Made by a program: the position numbers and the translations under genes. This document shows, piece after piece, positions 9,602 to 20,106 of a stretch of 64,000 nucleotides of DNA. Numbering within the stretch: position 1 is the first letter of the stretch; each line of letters opens with the position of its first letter. The notes beneath the pieces are model-generated. The model had not been told where the DNA came from and searched no databases. It saw only the letters and a list, made by a program, of their open reading frames with translations. Source of the DNA: Acidimicrobiia bacterium (GTDB lineage Bacteria; Actinomycetota; Acidimicrobiia; Spongiisociales; ZC4RG35); NCBI GenBank assembly GCA_965215185.1, contig OZ244034.1, positions 2,080,001 through 2,144,000 of the forward strand. Reading direction: 5' to 3'.

Positions 9602-10378
9602 ATGAAAACAAACCTTGCCACTTGGGCGGGGGGAAGCGGCGAGTACGCCGCCGAACCCTCTTTCGACAGTATGGAAGAACTCCGCCTTCACCGCCAACGG
9701 CAAACCGCTTTATCGTATCGTCTGTTCGGAGCCTTTGGTTGGGGCTCATTGGGGGACGGTCACATCACCGCTCGGGATCCCGAGCGAACCGATTGTTTTT
9801 GGTTGCTCCGATACGGGGTGTCATTCCGACAAGCCAAAGTCAAGGACTTGGTGTTGGTAGGACCGGGCGGCGAGATAGTAGAGGGTGAAGGTCCCATCAA
9901 CATGACCGCCTACTACATTCATGGACCGATCCACGAGGCCCGCCCCGAGTCGGTCTCCGTGGCCCACACCCATACACCCTACGCCACACCCTGGGTGGCA
10001 AATGTGCGTCCGTTTCGGATGATCTGCCAGGAAGCCACCGCCTTCTTCAGATCACAAGCGATCTTCGAGGGGGAGGAGGTGCAGGTGATGGACGCCGATA
10101 CCGGAAAACACATCGCCACCGCCCTGGAGGAAGCCAAGCTGGTGTTCCTGCGCAACCATGGACCCGTGACCGTGGGACGGTCGGTAGAAGAGACCATCGG
10201 CTGGTTTCTCCTGGCCGAAAGAGTGGCCGAGGTCCATATCAAGGCGCCTGATGCTCGGGAGATCTCCGACGAGGCCGCCTTTGTCGCCGCCACCGAGATC
10301 GGCCATCCCAGCAACGCTCTGGCCGCCTACGAGTACGCAATCATGTCCTATATACCCGACCCCGCGGTGGTGGACTGA
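9602..10378 (+). CDS. Class II aldolase/adducin family protein
   Basis: GHITARDPE, IHGPIHEARP, HTHT, LRNHG; GGAGG precedes ATG 9602. Confidence 0.88.
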   Translation: MKTNLATWAGGSGEYAAEPSFDSMEELRLHRQRQTALSYRLFGAFGWGSLGDGHITARDPERTDCFWLLRYGVSFRQAKVKDLVLVGPGGEIVEGEGPINMTAYYIHGPIHEARPESVSVAHTHTPYATPWVANVRPFRMICQEATAFFRSQAIFEGEEVQVMDADTGKHIATALEEAKLVFLRNHGPVTVGRSVEETIGWFLLAERVAEVHIKAPDAREISDEAAFVAATEIGHPSNALAAYEYAIMSYIPDPAVVD

Positions 10379-10578
10379 TCATCCAACCTGCGGCAAGCGC
10401 GACCGACAGGTAGCGCTTGCTTGTTCATCGTGGTTGACATGACCCACCGCACTGAGGCGCAGGTTGGTCATCCCTTCGCGAGTGCTGGATCCAGCTTTCT
10501 CAATTGATCTTGGTCAGGACTTGATGCCCAACTCGCCTGTTGGTACAACGAGCGAACGTCGAGAGGAAAAGATCCCCT

Positions 10579-11115
10579 TTAGGTGTTGACCTGTTCGTAG
10601 CTGGGGCCGCCGGTGCCTTCTACCCAGTAGCGCCGGGCCCAGGCCACACCTTGCCAAGTACGCACCTTGTCGGGGACCACCTTGATCAGCCAGCGGGGCT
10701 GGTTCAGGGTGGGCACCAGGTAACTGGGGCCGTTGGGACCCAGATAGCGCAAAGACATCTCCTCGGCAACTGCCACCCACTGGCCGCCGATGTTGGGCTC
10801 TTCCACAACCTCAGCCCGGCCCTCCACAAACACCTTGGGGATCTCCGCCGACCTGCCCGAATCGTCCGGAGGGCTGTGCGCCGCATCGATTACCACGCAA
10901 ACCCGGGGATCATTGACCACAAAGTCACACCACCGCGCTCTCTGCCGACCCACGAAGTAGAGAGCTTCGCCATCCCACTGGTACCACAGCGGGATAACAT
11001 ACGGGGCTCCGTCCGGCTTGAGGCAGGCGAAACGCGCCAATGCGTTGGTAGCCAAAAAGGCCTCAACCTCCTTGCTGCTTAGCGCACCGATTTTGCCGCG
11101 GAAGTCCTCGGACAT
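10579..11115 (-). CDS. Pyridoxamine 5'-phosphate oxidase-like (possibly F420-dependent) protein
   Basis: [33 protein letters not shown]; start MSEDF after an AAGGAG RBS. Confidence 0.8.
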   Translation of the reverse strand: MSEDFRGKIGALSSKEVEAFLATNALARFACLKPDGAPYVIPLWYQWDGEALYFVGRQRARWCDFVVNDPRVCVVIDAAHSPPDDSGRSAEIPKVFVEGRAEVVEEPNIGGQWVAVAEEMSLRYLGPNGPSYLVPTLNQPRWLIKVVPDKVRTWQGVAWARRYWVEGTGGPSYEQVNT

Positions 11116-11241
11116 TGTTCTTCTCCTTGCATCTCGACGACTTGGGTTATCACGATAATAAAGACGCTCGATGAAGACCGCATTCTGAGACGATAAGCTA
11201 TCTGGTTGGAAGACAGCCCCACCCGGCACCTACGGAGAGCC

Positions 11242-12291
11242 ATGAATCTGACGGACGCCACAACCCTGACCATTGACTCTGACATCGCCGTCTCCGTACG
11301 CAACCTGGTGAAGACTTTTGAAGTGGGAGGGGGCATTTTCAGCAGCCGACCGCGAGGGGTGGTCTCGGCCGTATCGGGAATCTCCTTCGATATTCCGCGG
11401 GGAACCACCCTGGGTCTGGTTGGCGAATCGGGTTGTGGCAAGTCCACCGCCGCCCGGTGCATATTGCGGCTCATCGAACCCACATCCGGAAATGTGCTTC
11501 TGCGGCGGGAAATCGATGGTGATGACGGGTCGGAGGTTATCGACATCACCGCCGCCGACCGCAACACGCTGCGTCGCCTGCGTCGGGAAATGCAGATAGT
11601 CTTCCAGGACCCTTACGCCTCCCTGAATCCCCGGATGCGCATCGGGGAAGCCATCGGCGAGCAGTTGGCAGTACACACCGACATGAATCGCGAACAGCAG
11701 CGGCAGCGGGTGGGGGAACTGTTGGAAATGGTGGGACTCAACCCTCGTTATGCCCGTCGATTTCCCCATGAGTTCTCAGGGGGTCAGCGGCAGCGGGTGG
11801 GCGTGGCCAGGGCCCTTTCCCTTCATCCCAGCTTCGTGGTCTGCGACGAACCGGTCTCCGCCCTTGATGTCTCCATCCAGGCCCAGGTGCTCAACCTTTT
11901 GCGGGACTTGCAGGACGACTTGGGTTTGACCTATCTGTTCATCGCCCATGATCTGGCAGTAGTCCGCCACATCTCCGAACGGATTGCAGTGATGTATCTG
12001 GGCAAAGTGGTCGAATTGGCCGATTCCGAACAACTATTCACACAGCCACTTCATCATTACACCAACGCCCTCCTATCGGCTGCTCCACTCCCTGATCCTG
12101 TTTCGGAGAGACAACGCACCCGAATCCTTTTGGAGGGTGAGGTTCCCTCCCCGATCAACCCACCCACGGGATGTCGTTTTCATCCCCGATGCGCGGTGGG
12201 CCGATCCCAGGACATCTGTCGCACCAAGGAACCTATGTTGGAGGAAAAACTTCCGGGACACCTGACCGCCTGCCACTTCCCGTTGGCATGA
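11242..12291 (+). CDS. Oligopeptide/dipeptide ABC transporter ATP-binding subunit (OppF/DppF-like)
   Basis: [48 protein letters not shown] Fe-S tail. Confidence 0.92.
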   Translation: MNLTDATTLTIDSDIAVSVRNLVKTFEVGGGIFSSRPRGVVSAVSGISFDIPRGTTLGLVGESGCGKSTAARCILRLIEPTSGNVLLRREIDGDDGSEVIDITAADRNTLRRLRREMQIVFQDPYASLNPRMRIGEAIGEQLAVHTDMNREQQRQRVGELLEMVGLNPRYARRFPHEFSGGQRQRVGVARALSLHPSFVVCDEPVSALDVSIQAQVLNLLRDLQDDLGLTYLFIAHDLAVVRHISERIAVMYLGKVVELADSEQLFTQPLHHYTNALLSAAPLPDPVSERQRTRILLEGEVPSPINPPTGCRFHPRCAVGRSQDICRTKEPMLEEKLPGHLTACHFPLA

Positions 12292-13439
12292 TGCCCAATC
12301 CTTCCCGCACAATACGATCCATGCCGCGATCGGGTATCCGGGAGATCAACGATCTCTCCTCCCAGTTTCCCGATGCCATCCACTTGGAGATCGGCCAACC
12401 CAATTTCGCCACTCCCACGCACATCAGCCAGGCAGCCGGCGAGGCGGCGGTGAACGGATTCACCAGCTACACCCCCAACGCGGGAATCCCTGAACTTCGC
12501 GAAGAGTTGGCCAACAAACTGAATCGATTTAACGGGATACCAGCCGGTCCCGAGAACGTGGTTGTCACCACTGGCGGCAGCGGGGCGCTCTTCACTTCGC
12601 TTTTGACCCTGTGCGACCCCGGAGATGCGATCCTGCTTTCGGATCCGACCTGGCCCAACTACGGAATGATGGCTGCCCTCCAAGGTCTGCAGGTCCGGCA
12701 CTACACGCTGCGACCCGAAGAAGGCTGGCTTCCCAACCCCGATGAGATCGAGAGACAAATCACCCCCAACTGCCGAGTCTTGCTGCTGGTCTCCCCCTCC
12801 AATCCCACCGGAACCATGATCGGCGAAGACTTGATGCGCGAACTGTTGGATGTCGCCCGTCGCCACGACCTGTGGGTGCTCTCCGACGAAGTGTATGACG
12901 CTATCACCTTCGGCCAGCCCGCCTATTCGGCTTACCATGTCGACCCCGAGCGAGTGATCTCGGTTTTCAGTTTCTCCAAGACCTACGCCATGACCGGTTG
13001 GAGGGTGGGATACACCCTCTCTCGGCCTGACGTTGCCATGCAACTCAGCAAGTGCCAGGAGCCGGTGACTTCCTGTGTCAACAGTCCCGCCCAGATAGGG
13101 GCGTTGACCGCCCTGCGGGGACCCCAGGACGAGGTCTGGAGAATGAGAGACGCCTATTGGAAACGGCGGGACAAGGTTATTGACCTGCTTTCGGCAGCGG
13201 ACTTAGCCTATGCCCGGCCCGAGGGCGCCTTCTATATGTGGATCGACATCTCCCAAAGCCGGATGTCCGACAGTGAGTTCGCCCGCCGGATGGTCACCGA
13301 TTACCGGGTAGCACTAGTGCCCGGCACTGTGTTTGGACCAAATGGGGGCAGCCATGTAAGAATCTCCCTGGCCACTGACACAGAACTCCTCCTCGAAGGG
13401 GTGGCCAGATTGATCAATGCGGTGCGGTCCGGCAGCTGA
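12288..13439 (+). CDS. PLP-dependent aminotransferase class I/II (aspartate aminotransferase-like)
   Basis: [26 protein letters not shown] (PLP Lys); ATG overlaps the upstream stop. Confidence 0.92.
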   Translation: MMPNPSRTIRSMPRSGIREINDLSSQFPDAIHLEIGQPNFATPTHISQAAGEAAVNGFTSYTPNAGIPELREELANKLNRFNGIPAGPENVVVTTGGSGALFTSLLTLCDPGDAILLSDPTWPNYGMMAALQGLQVRHYTLRPEEGWLPNPDEIERQITPNCRVLLLVSPSNPTGTMIGEDLMRELLDVARRHDLWVLSDEVYDAITFGQPAYSAYHVDPERVISVFSFSKTYAMTGWRVGYTLSRPDVAMQLSKCQEPVTSCVNSPAQIGALTALRGPQDEVWRMRDAYWKRRDKVIDLLSAADLAYARPEGAFYMWIDISQSRMSDSEFARRMVTDYRVALVPGTVFGPNGGSHVRISLATDTELLLEGVARLINAVRSGS

Positions 13440-13624
13440 CCACCCCGACCAACCACACCGTCGGGCGGAAGTACACCTCAACTCTCCCCGCGCCCTATCA
13501 GTTTGAGAATGTTTGGACTATTCCACTTTGAGTTGGTTTTACTTCACCCCCATAGGCGACGTTGACCGTTGTCAAACAAGCGGGCGGGCAATCAAAGCAA
13601 ACACAGTGGAGATGGCCAAGCGGG

Positions 13625-13725
13625 CTGTTTTGCGCCAGGACCTACGTCATGACCGGCTGGAGGATGGGCTACGTGGTCTCTTGCCCCGATGTCGCCAAAC
13701 AACTCAGCAAGTCCCAGGAACCCAC
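13625..13725 (+). pseudogene. Internal fragment of a class I/II aminotransferase paralog
   Basis: RTYVMTGWRMGYVVSCPDVAKQLSKSQEP aligns without gaps to [29 protein letters not shown] (~12975-13063). Confidence 0.8.
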
Positions 13726-13762
13726 CACCTTGCTGGTTTTACTGCCGGCGATGACTCACCCG

Positions 13763-14506
13763 CTATGAACCCAGGGTTCCATTGAACCCATAGGGCATCT
13801 CCAAGCGATGGCGGCCCAACAGTTGGGCATCAGCGAGCATGTGGGCCGTCTCTCCGTCCGCCACTATGCGGCCATGGTCCATGATCACCGAGCGCTCACA
13901 CAACTCCAATGCCAGAGGCAGGTCATGGGTGATCAGCAGCAGTGTCACTGGCAACCTTTGGAGCGTGGAGATCAACTCCCGGCGGCTGGCGGGGTCGAGC
14001 CCCGTTCCCGGTTCGTCCAGCACCAGCAAGTCCGGACGCATGGCCAGGACGGTGGCGATCGCCACGCGTCGCCGCTCTCCGCTGCTGAGGTGATGAGGCG
14101 CTCGCTCCCTGGTGTACGAAGCGTTCACCGCCGCTAAAGCCTCCTTCACCCTCTCTTCCAAATCGGGACCGCGCAATCCCAGATTGGCCGGCCCGAAGGC
14201 GACGTCATCGGCGACCGTGGGCATGAACAATTGATCGTTGGAGTCTTGGAACACCATCCCCACCCTTCGGCGTATTTCGGGTAGAGTCGATTCCTCCACT
14301 GGCATTCCACCGACCCAAACGGTTCCCTCCGGCGGTTGGTGAATGCCGTTCAGGTGAAGGGCTAAAGTGGTCTTTCCGGCTCCGTTGGCTCCGAGCAGTG
14401 CCAAGCGCTGGCGTTTGTCAACCACCAGATCGACTCCTTGCAACGCCTCACGACCGTCCGGATATGTGAAGCGGAGGCCGTCTACCTTCAACGCTGTTCG
14501 TCTCAT
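13763..14506 (-). CDS. cbiO: ECF transporter ATP-binding subunit (CbiO/NikO)
   Basis: GANGAGKT, VFQDSNDQLF, LSSGERRR, LDEP, THD; start MRRTALK overlaps the cbiQ stop. Confidence 0.9.
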   Translation of the reverse strand: MRRTALKVDGLRFTYPDGREALQGVDLVVDKRQRLALLGANGAGKTTLALHLNGIHQPPEGTVWVGGMPVEESTLPEIRRRVGMVFQDSNDQLFMPTVADDVAFGPANLGLRGPDLEERVKEALAAVNASYTRERAPHHLSSGERRRVAIATVLAMRPDLLVLDEPGTGLDPASRRELISTLQRLPVTLLLITHDLPLALELCERSVIMDHGRIVADGETAHMLADAQLLGRHRLEMPYGFNGTLGS

Positions 14507-15267
14507 GGCGCCGACAGAGCAATAGCCACTATCAACACCCCCACCAGCGGAAGTACACCCGCTTTCATCCATTCAACACTGGTCGCCGGAGCGCCACCCA
14601 CATCTGGCATGACTCCGGTGTATCCCCGCGCCAACATCGCGGCATGCACCCTTTCCGCTCGCTCATAAGATCGGATGAACATCGAACCGGCTGCCGAAGC
14701 GATGGGTCGCGCCTGCCAAAGCCAGCGGGGACGATAGCCGCGGGCGGTCATGGCGGTCCGCATCCGTCCCAGATCTTTGACGATCAATTCCATATAACGG
14801 ACCATGAAAGAGGTGATGGAAATGAAAATGGTCGGCACCCGGAGTCGCGCCATTCCTTTGAGCAGTTCCGGGACCTCAGTGGTGGCGGCGAGAAGCACGC
14901 TGACCGTAGCCCCGAGTAAGGCTTTGGCCATGATGCTCCACATTGCCCTCACACCCTCCGCCGACACACTCACCCCCAACACATCAACGCGTTCGCCCGT
15001 GGCCACAAACGGCATCAAAACGGCAAAGGCCATGAAAGGCAACAACACTGTCAGACGAACAAGCAGGAGACGGACCGGGATGCTGGCGATGAGCAGGACC
15101 GCCAACAGCGCCACAGCGTAGGCCAAGAACGCCCAAACCGACCGCCGGGGAGTGAGAGCCACACAAGAGACGAAGACAAACGCGGCGGCTACCTTGGTCT
15201 CCGGCGCCAAGCGATGCACCGGGCTGTGTCCATGCACATAAAGAGCATGATGCTGACCGGCGCCCAT
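14503..15267 (-). CDS. cbiQ: ECF transporter T component (CbiQ/NikQ)
   Basis: SPVHRL, AMTARGY, FIRSYERAERVHAAMLARGY. Confidence 0.92.
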   Translation of the reverse strand: MGAGQHHALYVHGHSPVHRLAPETKVAAAFVFVSCVALTPRRSVWAFLAYAVALLAVLLIASIPVRLLLVRLTVLLPFMAFAVLMPFVATGERVDVLGVSVSAEGVRAMWSIMAKALLGATVSVLLAATTEVPELLKGMARLRVPTIFISITSFMVRYMELIVKDLGRMRTAMTARGYRPRWLWQARPIASAAGSMFIRSYERAERVHAAMLARGYTGVMPDVGGAPATSVEWMKAGVLPLVGVLIVAIALSAP

Positions 15268-15269
15268 AA

Positions 15270-16256
15270 CTAGGGAACCGCCTTGGCTCGCCTGCCACGG
15301 CGAAGCGCGGCGAACAGACCGAAACCGACCGCCAAGGTAACGAGTACTCCCGCCACACCGGCTATCGCCAGGCTGAGTGTCTCGTTACCCACGCCCACCA
15401 TCGCGTATTCGGCGAACACCCCCCTTCCCAGGAGATGATCCTGTGCCTGATCGACCAGTCCGGTGTCCAGAGCCACCCGCTCCAATCCGTCAGGCCCATC
15501 GACAGCAAACTGACTCACGGCCGCCGCGACAAACAGAGCCACCACCATACCGGCGAGGACAAAGGTCCGCTTCAGTACCGGAGACCGACCTGACAGGGAC
15601 GCGGCAGACAAGTCTCTGGCGCCGTAAACCAGATCCGGCCTGGCGGCCAGGACCGCGCTTATCATGAGAGCGCTTATAACGCCTTCTCCAATCCCTATCA
15701 CAGAATGCACCCCCACCATGGCGCCGAACAGGGTGTCGAAGGGGATCGGAGCGGTGGCGCCGAACAACCACTCGAGGGAAAAGGCAGCGGAAGCGAAAAC
15801 CACCGAGATAAGACCGGCCAAACCGGTGGCAGCGACCACTCCTGGGCGGTTAGCGGGAAAGAACCTGCGAAACAGTATGAATACCGCGTAGCCTCCGAAT
15901 GCGGGCACGATCGCCATATTGAGGATGTTGTAGCCAAGGGCGGTCAGTCCCCCGTCGGCGAAGATCAGAGCCTGGACCACCACCACTACCGTCACCACCA
16001 CCGATCCGACGGCCGGGCCCAACAGCACTGCCGCAACCGCCCCTCCCAACAGATGCCCGGTTGTACCCGCCCCCACCGGGAAGTTGAACATCTGAGCAGC
16101 GAAGATAAAGGCCGCAATGACCCCTGCCAGTGGCGCCTGGCTCTCCCTTAGCTTCCCACCGATGTGCCGCAAGGTCGCCGCTATGGCGCCTGCGCTGACA
16201 ACACCGGTGGCCAACGCTGTGCCAAGGTTGAGAAAACCGTCTGGAGCGTGCATCAT
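15270..16256 (-). CDS. cbiM: ECF substrate-binding S component CbiM/NikM fused to PDGLE (NikN-like) domain
   Basis: N-terminal MHAPDGFL (Ni-type-like), GTTGHLLGG, FADGGLTALG, C-terminal PDGLE. Confidence 0.9.
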   Translation of the reverse strand: MMHAPDGFLNLGTALATGVVSAGAIAATLRHIGGKLRESQAPLAGVIAAFIFAAQMFNFPVGAGTTGHLLGGAVAAVLLGPAVGSVVVTVVVVVQALIFADGGLTALGYNILNMAIVPAFGGYAVFILFRRFFPANRPGVVAATGLAGLISVVFASAAFSLEWLFGATAPIPFDTLFGAMVGVHSVIGIGEGVISALMISAVLAARPDLVYGARDLSAASLSGRSPVLKRTFVLAGMVVALFVAAAVSQFAVDGPDGLERVALDTGLVDQAQDHLLGRGVFAEYAMVGVGNETLSLAIAGVAGVLVTLAVGFGLFAALRRGRRAKAVP

Positions 16257-16288
16257 ACCTCCATCTTTAGTGTCAATACCCCACAACA

Positions 16289-16305
16289 ATGCGACGCTAT
16301 CGCAA
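16289..16305. promoter_or_regulatory. Putative Nur/Fur-family operator
   Basis: aTGCGA-CGCTA-TCGCAA inverted repeat between cbiM/nikM and the divergent fur-like pseudogene; resembles the Streptomyces Nur consensus tTGCaa-N5-ttGCAA as recalled. Confidence 0.5.
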
Positions 16306-16344
16306 TATTTACGAGGTTCTTTTCATTTATCAAATATTCTGGCA

Positions 16345-16769
16345 GGATCCAGGATTTTGAGTTGGACAGTTTCTTGCGGGCTCAGGGCTATCGACTTACC
16401 AGCCAGCGGCGCCCGGTACGGAGGGCATTAGCAGTGGCGGAGCCACCTTACAGCCACAGGAGTCACCGAACACTCCCAGCAGCAAGACCCCACTATTGAC
16501 CGAGCCTCGGTCTAGCGAACTCTGGCTCTCTTCGCCGAACTGGGCTTGGCCCGTGAGTCCAATCTCGGCCGAGGGGACGCGGCCTCTTGGGAACTGGCCC
16601 ATCCCGACGACCAATCCCACCTGACCTGCGACTCATGTGGAGAGGTGAGGCGCCACACTTGCGACCTGGCGCAAAAGGCACGTGCCCACCTTTGCAACGA
16701 TCATGGATTGTCGGCGACCCGATCGACCTGCACGTATTTGGAGTGTGCGGCCGCTGTTCAAAGCAGTAA
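16345..16769 (+). pseudogene. Fur-family regulator (Nur/Zur-like) pseudogene
   Basis: LRAQGYRLTSQR / HLTA..IDRASV*RTLALFAELGL / HLTCDSCG / VFGVCGRC; two frameshifts and an in-frame TAG at 16513-16515. Confidence 0.85.
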
Positions 16770-16907
16770 TTGCCGACGCCAGCGTCCGGCAGTTCAGTGA
16801 GGTTGGGTTACCTTCTTGCCAGCTCGCATAGATCCTGAAATCCTCGGGAACTGTCGCAGGCGCCAGGTGGGGAAATGCCCTAACAACAAAACATCTAAAG
16901 ACTCTTG

Positions 16908-17714
16908 TTAGGCTCGCTTCACCGCTCTTTGGTAACGACGCGTCGCCAGTGGCGCGAAGATCGCGATGATCAGCAGCGCCCACAGCAAGGTATAGACCAC
17001 CGGATGCTGAAGCGGCAACGCAGTGGGCTCGGGGGCTCCCAAGGGAATGTTCCCGAACAGTTCCCGCACGGCCTGGGTCAAAGCTGAGATAGGATTCCAC
17101 TCGGCAAATGCCCGCAGAACGGTGGGAAGGTTCTCCACCGGGACGAAGGTATTGGCGATGAAGGTGAGTGGAAAGATAACCATGAAACTGGCATTGTTGA
17201 TGACCTCGACACTTGGCACGAGCAGTCCGATATATCCCATGACCCATGAGAAGGCATAGGCGAAGGCCAGAAGCAATCCGAATCCAGCCAGGCCGCTCCA
17301 GAAACCATTGTGAATCCGCCAACCCACTAACAGGCCGGTGAGCCCCATAATCATGAGAGTCAGCACGTTGTAGACCACATCGCTGGCGGTGCGGCCCACC
17401 AGCACCGCGGCCTGGGACATGGGAAGTGAACGAAAGCGGTCGATGATCCCTTTCTGCATATCCTCCGCCAACCCGGCGCCGGTGAAGGTAGCGCCGAACA
17501 CGACCGTCTGAGCGAAGATGCCAGCGATCAGAAACTCCCGGTAGGAACCGCCCGGTATGTTGATGGAGCCGCCGAACACATAGGCGAATAGCAACACGAA
17601 CATGATCGGCGATATCAGAACGAACACCATCACCTCCGGCACCCGTTTGATCTTGATGATGTTGCGTTTGGCAATGACCGCCGAGTCGGCAAACAGATAG
17701 AAAACGCCTCTCAT
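16908..17714 (-). CDS. ABC-2 type exporter permease (DrrB-like)
   Basis: PIMFVLLFAYVFGG, GIIDRFRSLPM, WNPIS; start MRGVF overlaps the ATPase stop. Confidence 0.9.
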   Translation of the reverse strand: MRGVFYLFADSAVIAKRNIIKIKRVPEVMVFVLISPIMFVLLFAYVFGGSINIPGGSYREFLIAGIFAQTVVFGATFTGAGLAEDMQKGIIDRFRSLPMSQAAVLVGRTASDVVYNVLTLMIMGLTGLLVGWRIHNGFWSGLAGFGLLLAFAYAFSWVMGYIGLLVPSVEVINNASFMVIFPLTFIANTFVPVENLPTVLRAFAEWNPISALTQAVRELFGNIPLGAPEPTALPLQHPVVYTLLWALLIIAIFAPLATRRYQRAVKRA

Positions 17715-18712
17715 GATCGTGCGCCTTTCCTGGCGTCCAACCCTCCCTGCGGTTGTTTGTGATTCCCGTTGGGCTCGGCTGCGTGTCCGGTCAAAGTGAG
17801 GAACACATCGTTGAGGGTGGGACGCCTCAGACCGACATCGTGCAAAGCGATTTCTGCCCGATCCAAGGCCCGGAGAGCCTCGGTCAACACCGCGGCGCCG
17901 CCCGAGACGGGAACTGTAACTTTGCGATTCCGTTCTTGGCATACCAGGTCACCCACCGCAAACCGCTCCATCACCTCCCGGGTTCTGGGAAGGTCATGGG
18001 AAGAGGCGACGGTGATTTCGATTCGTTCGCCACCCACCATTGTCTTGAGTTCATCGGGGGTCCCTTGGGCGATCTCACAGCCCCGGTCGATGACCATGAT
18101 CCGGTCCGCCAGATGGTCGGCCTCCTCCAGATATTGGGTGGTGAGGAGCAAAGTGGACCCCCGCGCCACCAATTCACGTATAACACCCCACAACTCGATA
18201 CGACTGCGTGGATCCAGACCGGTGGTGGGCTCGTCCAGGAAAAGCACGGGCGGCGAAGCCACCAACGCACCCGCCAGATCCAGCCGACGCCTCATTCCCC
18301 CCGAGTAGGTCTTGACAGGCCGGTTGGCCGCCTCGGTCAAATCGAATATCTCCAGCAACTCCTTTGCCCGAGCCCGCGACTTGGAGCGTCCCAGCCGGTA
18401 CAGGCGTCCTATCATGTCCAAGTTTTCGAAACCGGAGAGATGCTCGTCCAACGCCGCGTACTGGCCCGAAAGCCCAATGCGCTCCCGCACCTGCTTCGGA
18501 GCTTTAATTACATCAGCGCCTGCCACCCGCCCCGATCCCTCATCGGGAAGAATCAAGGTGGTCAGGATCGAGACCGCCGTGGTCTTACCAGCGCCATTGG
18601 GTCCTAGGAGACCGTAAATCGATCCCTCCTCCACGGCCAAGTCCAGCCCGTCCAGAGCCACCACCTCTCCATACCGCTTTACTAGCCCCGAAGCCTCTAT
18701 CACATAGCTCAT
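17711..18712 (-). CDS. ABC exporter ATP-binding subunit (DrrA-like)
   Basis: GPNGAGKT, YSGGMRRRLDLA, LDEPTTGLDP, TTQYLEEAD, PTLNDVFL. Confidence 0.92.
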   Translation of the reverse strand: MSYVIEASGLVKRYGEVVALDGLDLAVEEGSIYGLLGPNGAGKTTAVSILTTLILPDEGSGRVAGADVIKAPKQVRERIGLSGQYAALDEHLSGFENLDMIGRLYRLGRSKSRARAKELLEIFDLTEAANRPVKTYSGGMRRRLDLAGALVASPPVLFLDEPTTGLDPRSRIELWGVIRELVARGSTLLLTTQYLEEADHLADRIMVIDRGCEIAQGTPDELKTMVGGERIEITVASSHDLPRTREVMERFAVGDLVCQERNRKVTVPVSGGAAVLTEALRALDRAEIALHDVGLRRPTLNDVFLTLTGHAAEPNGNHKQPQGGLDARKGARS

Positions 18713-19161
18713 AAGCCTCCGATTCGTCAACAGCGGGCTTGCCCGGCCCTACCAAAAGCCAAAGGCTATACCACTCCCGCGACCTACCCCAAAACGCCAC
18801 CACGCTGGCGAACTATCAAGAAAGGGGAGGGATACCAATGCGGCAAGGCCAACGACCCGGCCCGCAGGCATTGTGTTACCAATCGAGAAGAATCGCAGTG
18901 GTCTCCTGGCGGTGCCCACTTGCCTGCGGCAAACATTGATGAGCTTGGATGGCCGACGGTGACGGTTCCCATCGCGTCAGTTGTCCGAGACAGTGCTGCG
19001 TATTGGGGGTCTCCGGCGTTGCCCGCATAACCTGATAGGTGCTCTTGGTTCAATGGGTTTGCGGTGTAGGTCCTAAGAGCGTCGTCTCGTGATGACTTTG
19101 CCTTATACCAGCACGGGGGGCTTGGCCACTACTGCAAGATCGGATCCATCGGCGCCTTTGG

Positions 19162-19884
19162 TCAGGACAGGCGGGATATCCGAACTTGTGCCTCGGCCAT
19201 GTGAAGGGATGCCACCACCGGATCAATACAGAACGCATCAATCAGGTGAGCGACCTCCCCGACCATACCTCCCCAGAGGGTGCATCCGAAGAAGATGGCC
19301 TCCACCTGATCCTGTTCGATCATGGCTCGGGCAGTCGAAACGCCCTCCGCGTGAAGCTGGCGGCGGAACTGCTCCTCGACCATTTCCGCGGTGACATCGG
19401 TGTTGCCAACCAGCGACGCTTCGCCCTCCACATGCATGGGCATGAATGCGACGGAACTGAAGGCCTCTGAAAGCCCGTAGGCTCGCAGCAAGCGATGAGT
19501 CACGTTGGCGATCCTGCGCCGGCCGTGTTCGTCGGGGGACAGCATGCCGACGTTGGCGCCTCGGGCGGCCGCCAATGCGACAGCGGCCTGCAGTGGACCG
19601 ATAACCGGGATCTTGACGCATCGCTGCGCCTCCATCAACGCCGGATCCGCGCAGCATCCGATGATGGCGGCGTCGGCGCCCTCGCGTTCGGCCTGGAGCA
19701 CCGCGGAGATCAATTCATTTATGTAAAGGGGCTCGAGGGGAAGCATGGGTCCGGCGAGTTCGGGGGGTAGTTCCAAGTGGCGCACCTCGATAGACACACC
19801 GCTCGAGGCGTGCTTCTCGAGGACGGACAACATGCGTTTGGAGTGCAGGTCACTCCCTATAGGTTCTATGAACCGAATTCTCAT
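19162..19884 (-). CDS. Asp/Glu/hydantoin racemase family protein
   Basis: IIGCCADP and FFGCT two-cysteine motifs; AGGAG RBS. Confidence 0.8.
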   Translation of the reverse strand: MRIRFIEPIGSDLHSKRMLSVLEKHASSGVSIEVRHLELPPELAGPMLPLEPLYINELISAVLQAEREGADAAIIGCCADPALMEAQRCVKIPVIGPLQAAVALAAARGANVGMLSPDEHGRRRIANVTHRLLRAYGLSEAFSSVAFMPMHVEGEASLVGNTDVTAEMVEEQFRRQLHAEGVSTARAMIEQDQVEAIFFGCTLWGGMVGEVAHLIDAFCIDPVVASLHMAEAQVRISRLS

Positions 19885-20036
19885 ATGCTCCTCCTGGGCT
19901 CGGCGCCCCGGAAGTCGTCGATACGCGACACAGGGCTAGCCAAATTATATAGGCGGCGGCTCCGGTGGTCCCTTTGATAGCCCGTTTGCTTTAAACGAAA
20001 AGCGTGCTCGGGAAACGAAATCGAGGGAAGGAACTG

Positions 20037-20106
20037 ATGGAGAACCTCTACAGGAAAGTGACCCTCGTGACCAGGGCATCCCGTGGCATCGGCTCAAGAT
20101 CGCCCC
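20037..20106 (+). pseudogene. N-terminal stub of a short-chain dehydrogenase
   Basis: RBS plus MENLYRKVTLVTRASRGIG (degenerate TGxxxGIG), cut off by the convergent gene. Confidence 0.55.

Noticed and set aside
18930-19100. Possible IS1595 C-terminal relic on the minus strand (LLG.T…EHLSGY…)
   Set aside because: Similarity needs several frameshifts and is too weak to support without BLASTx
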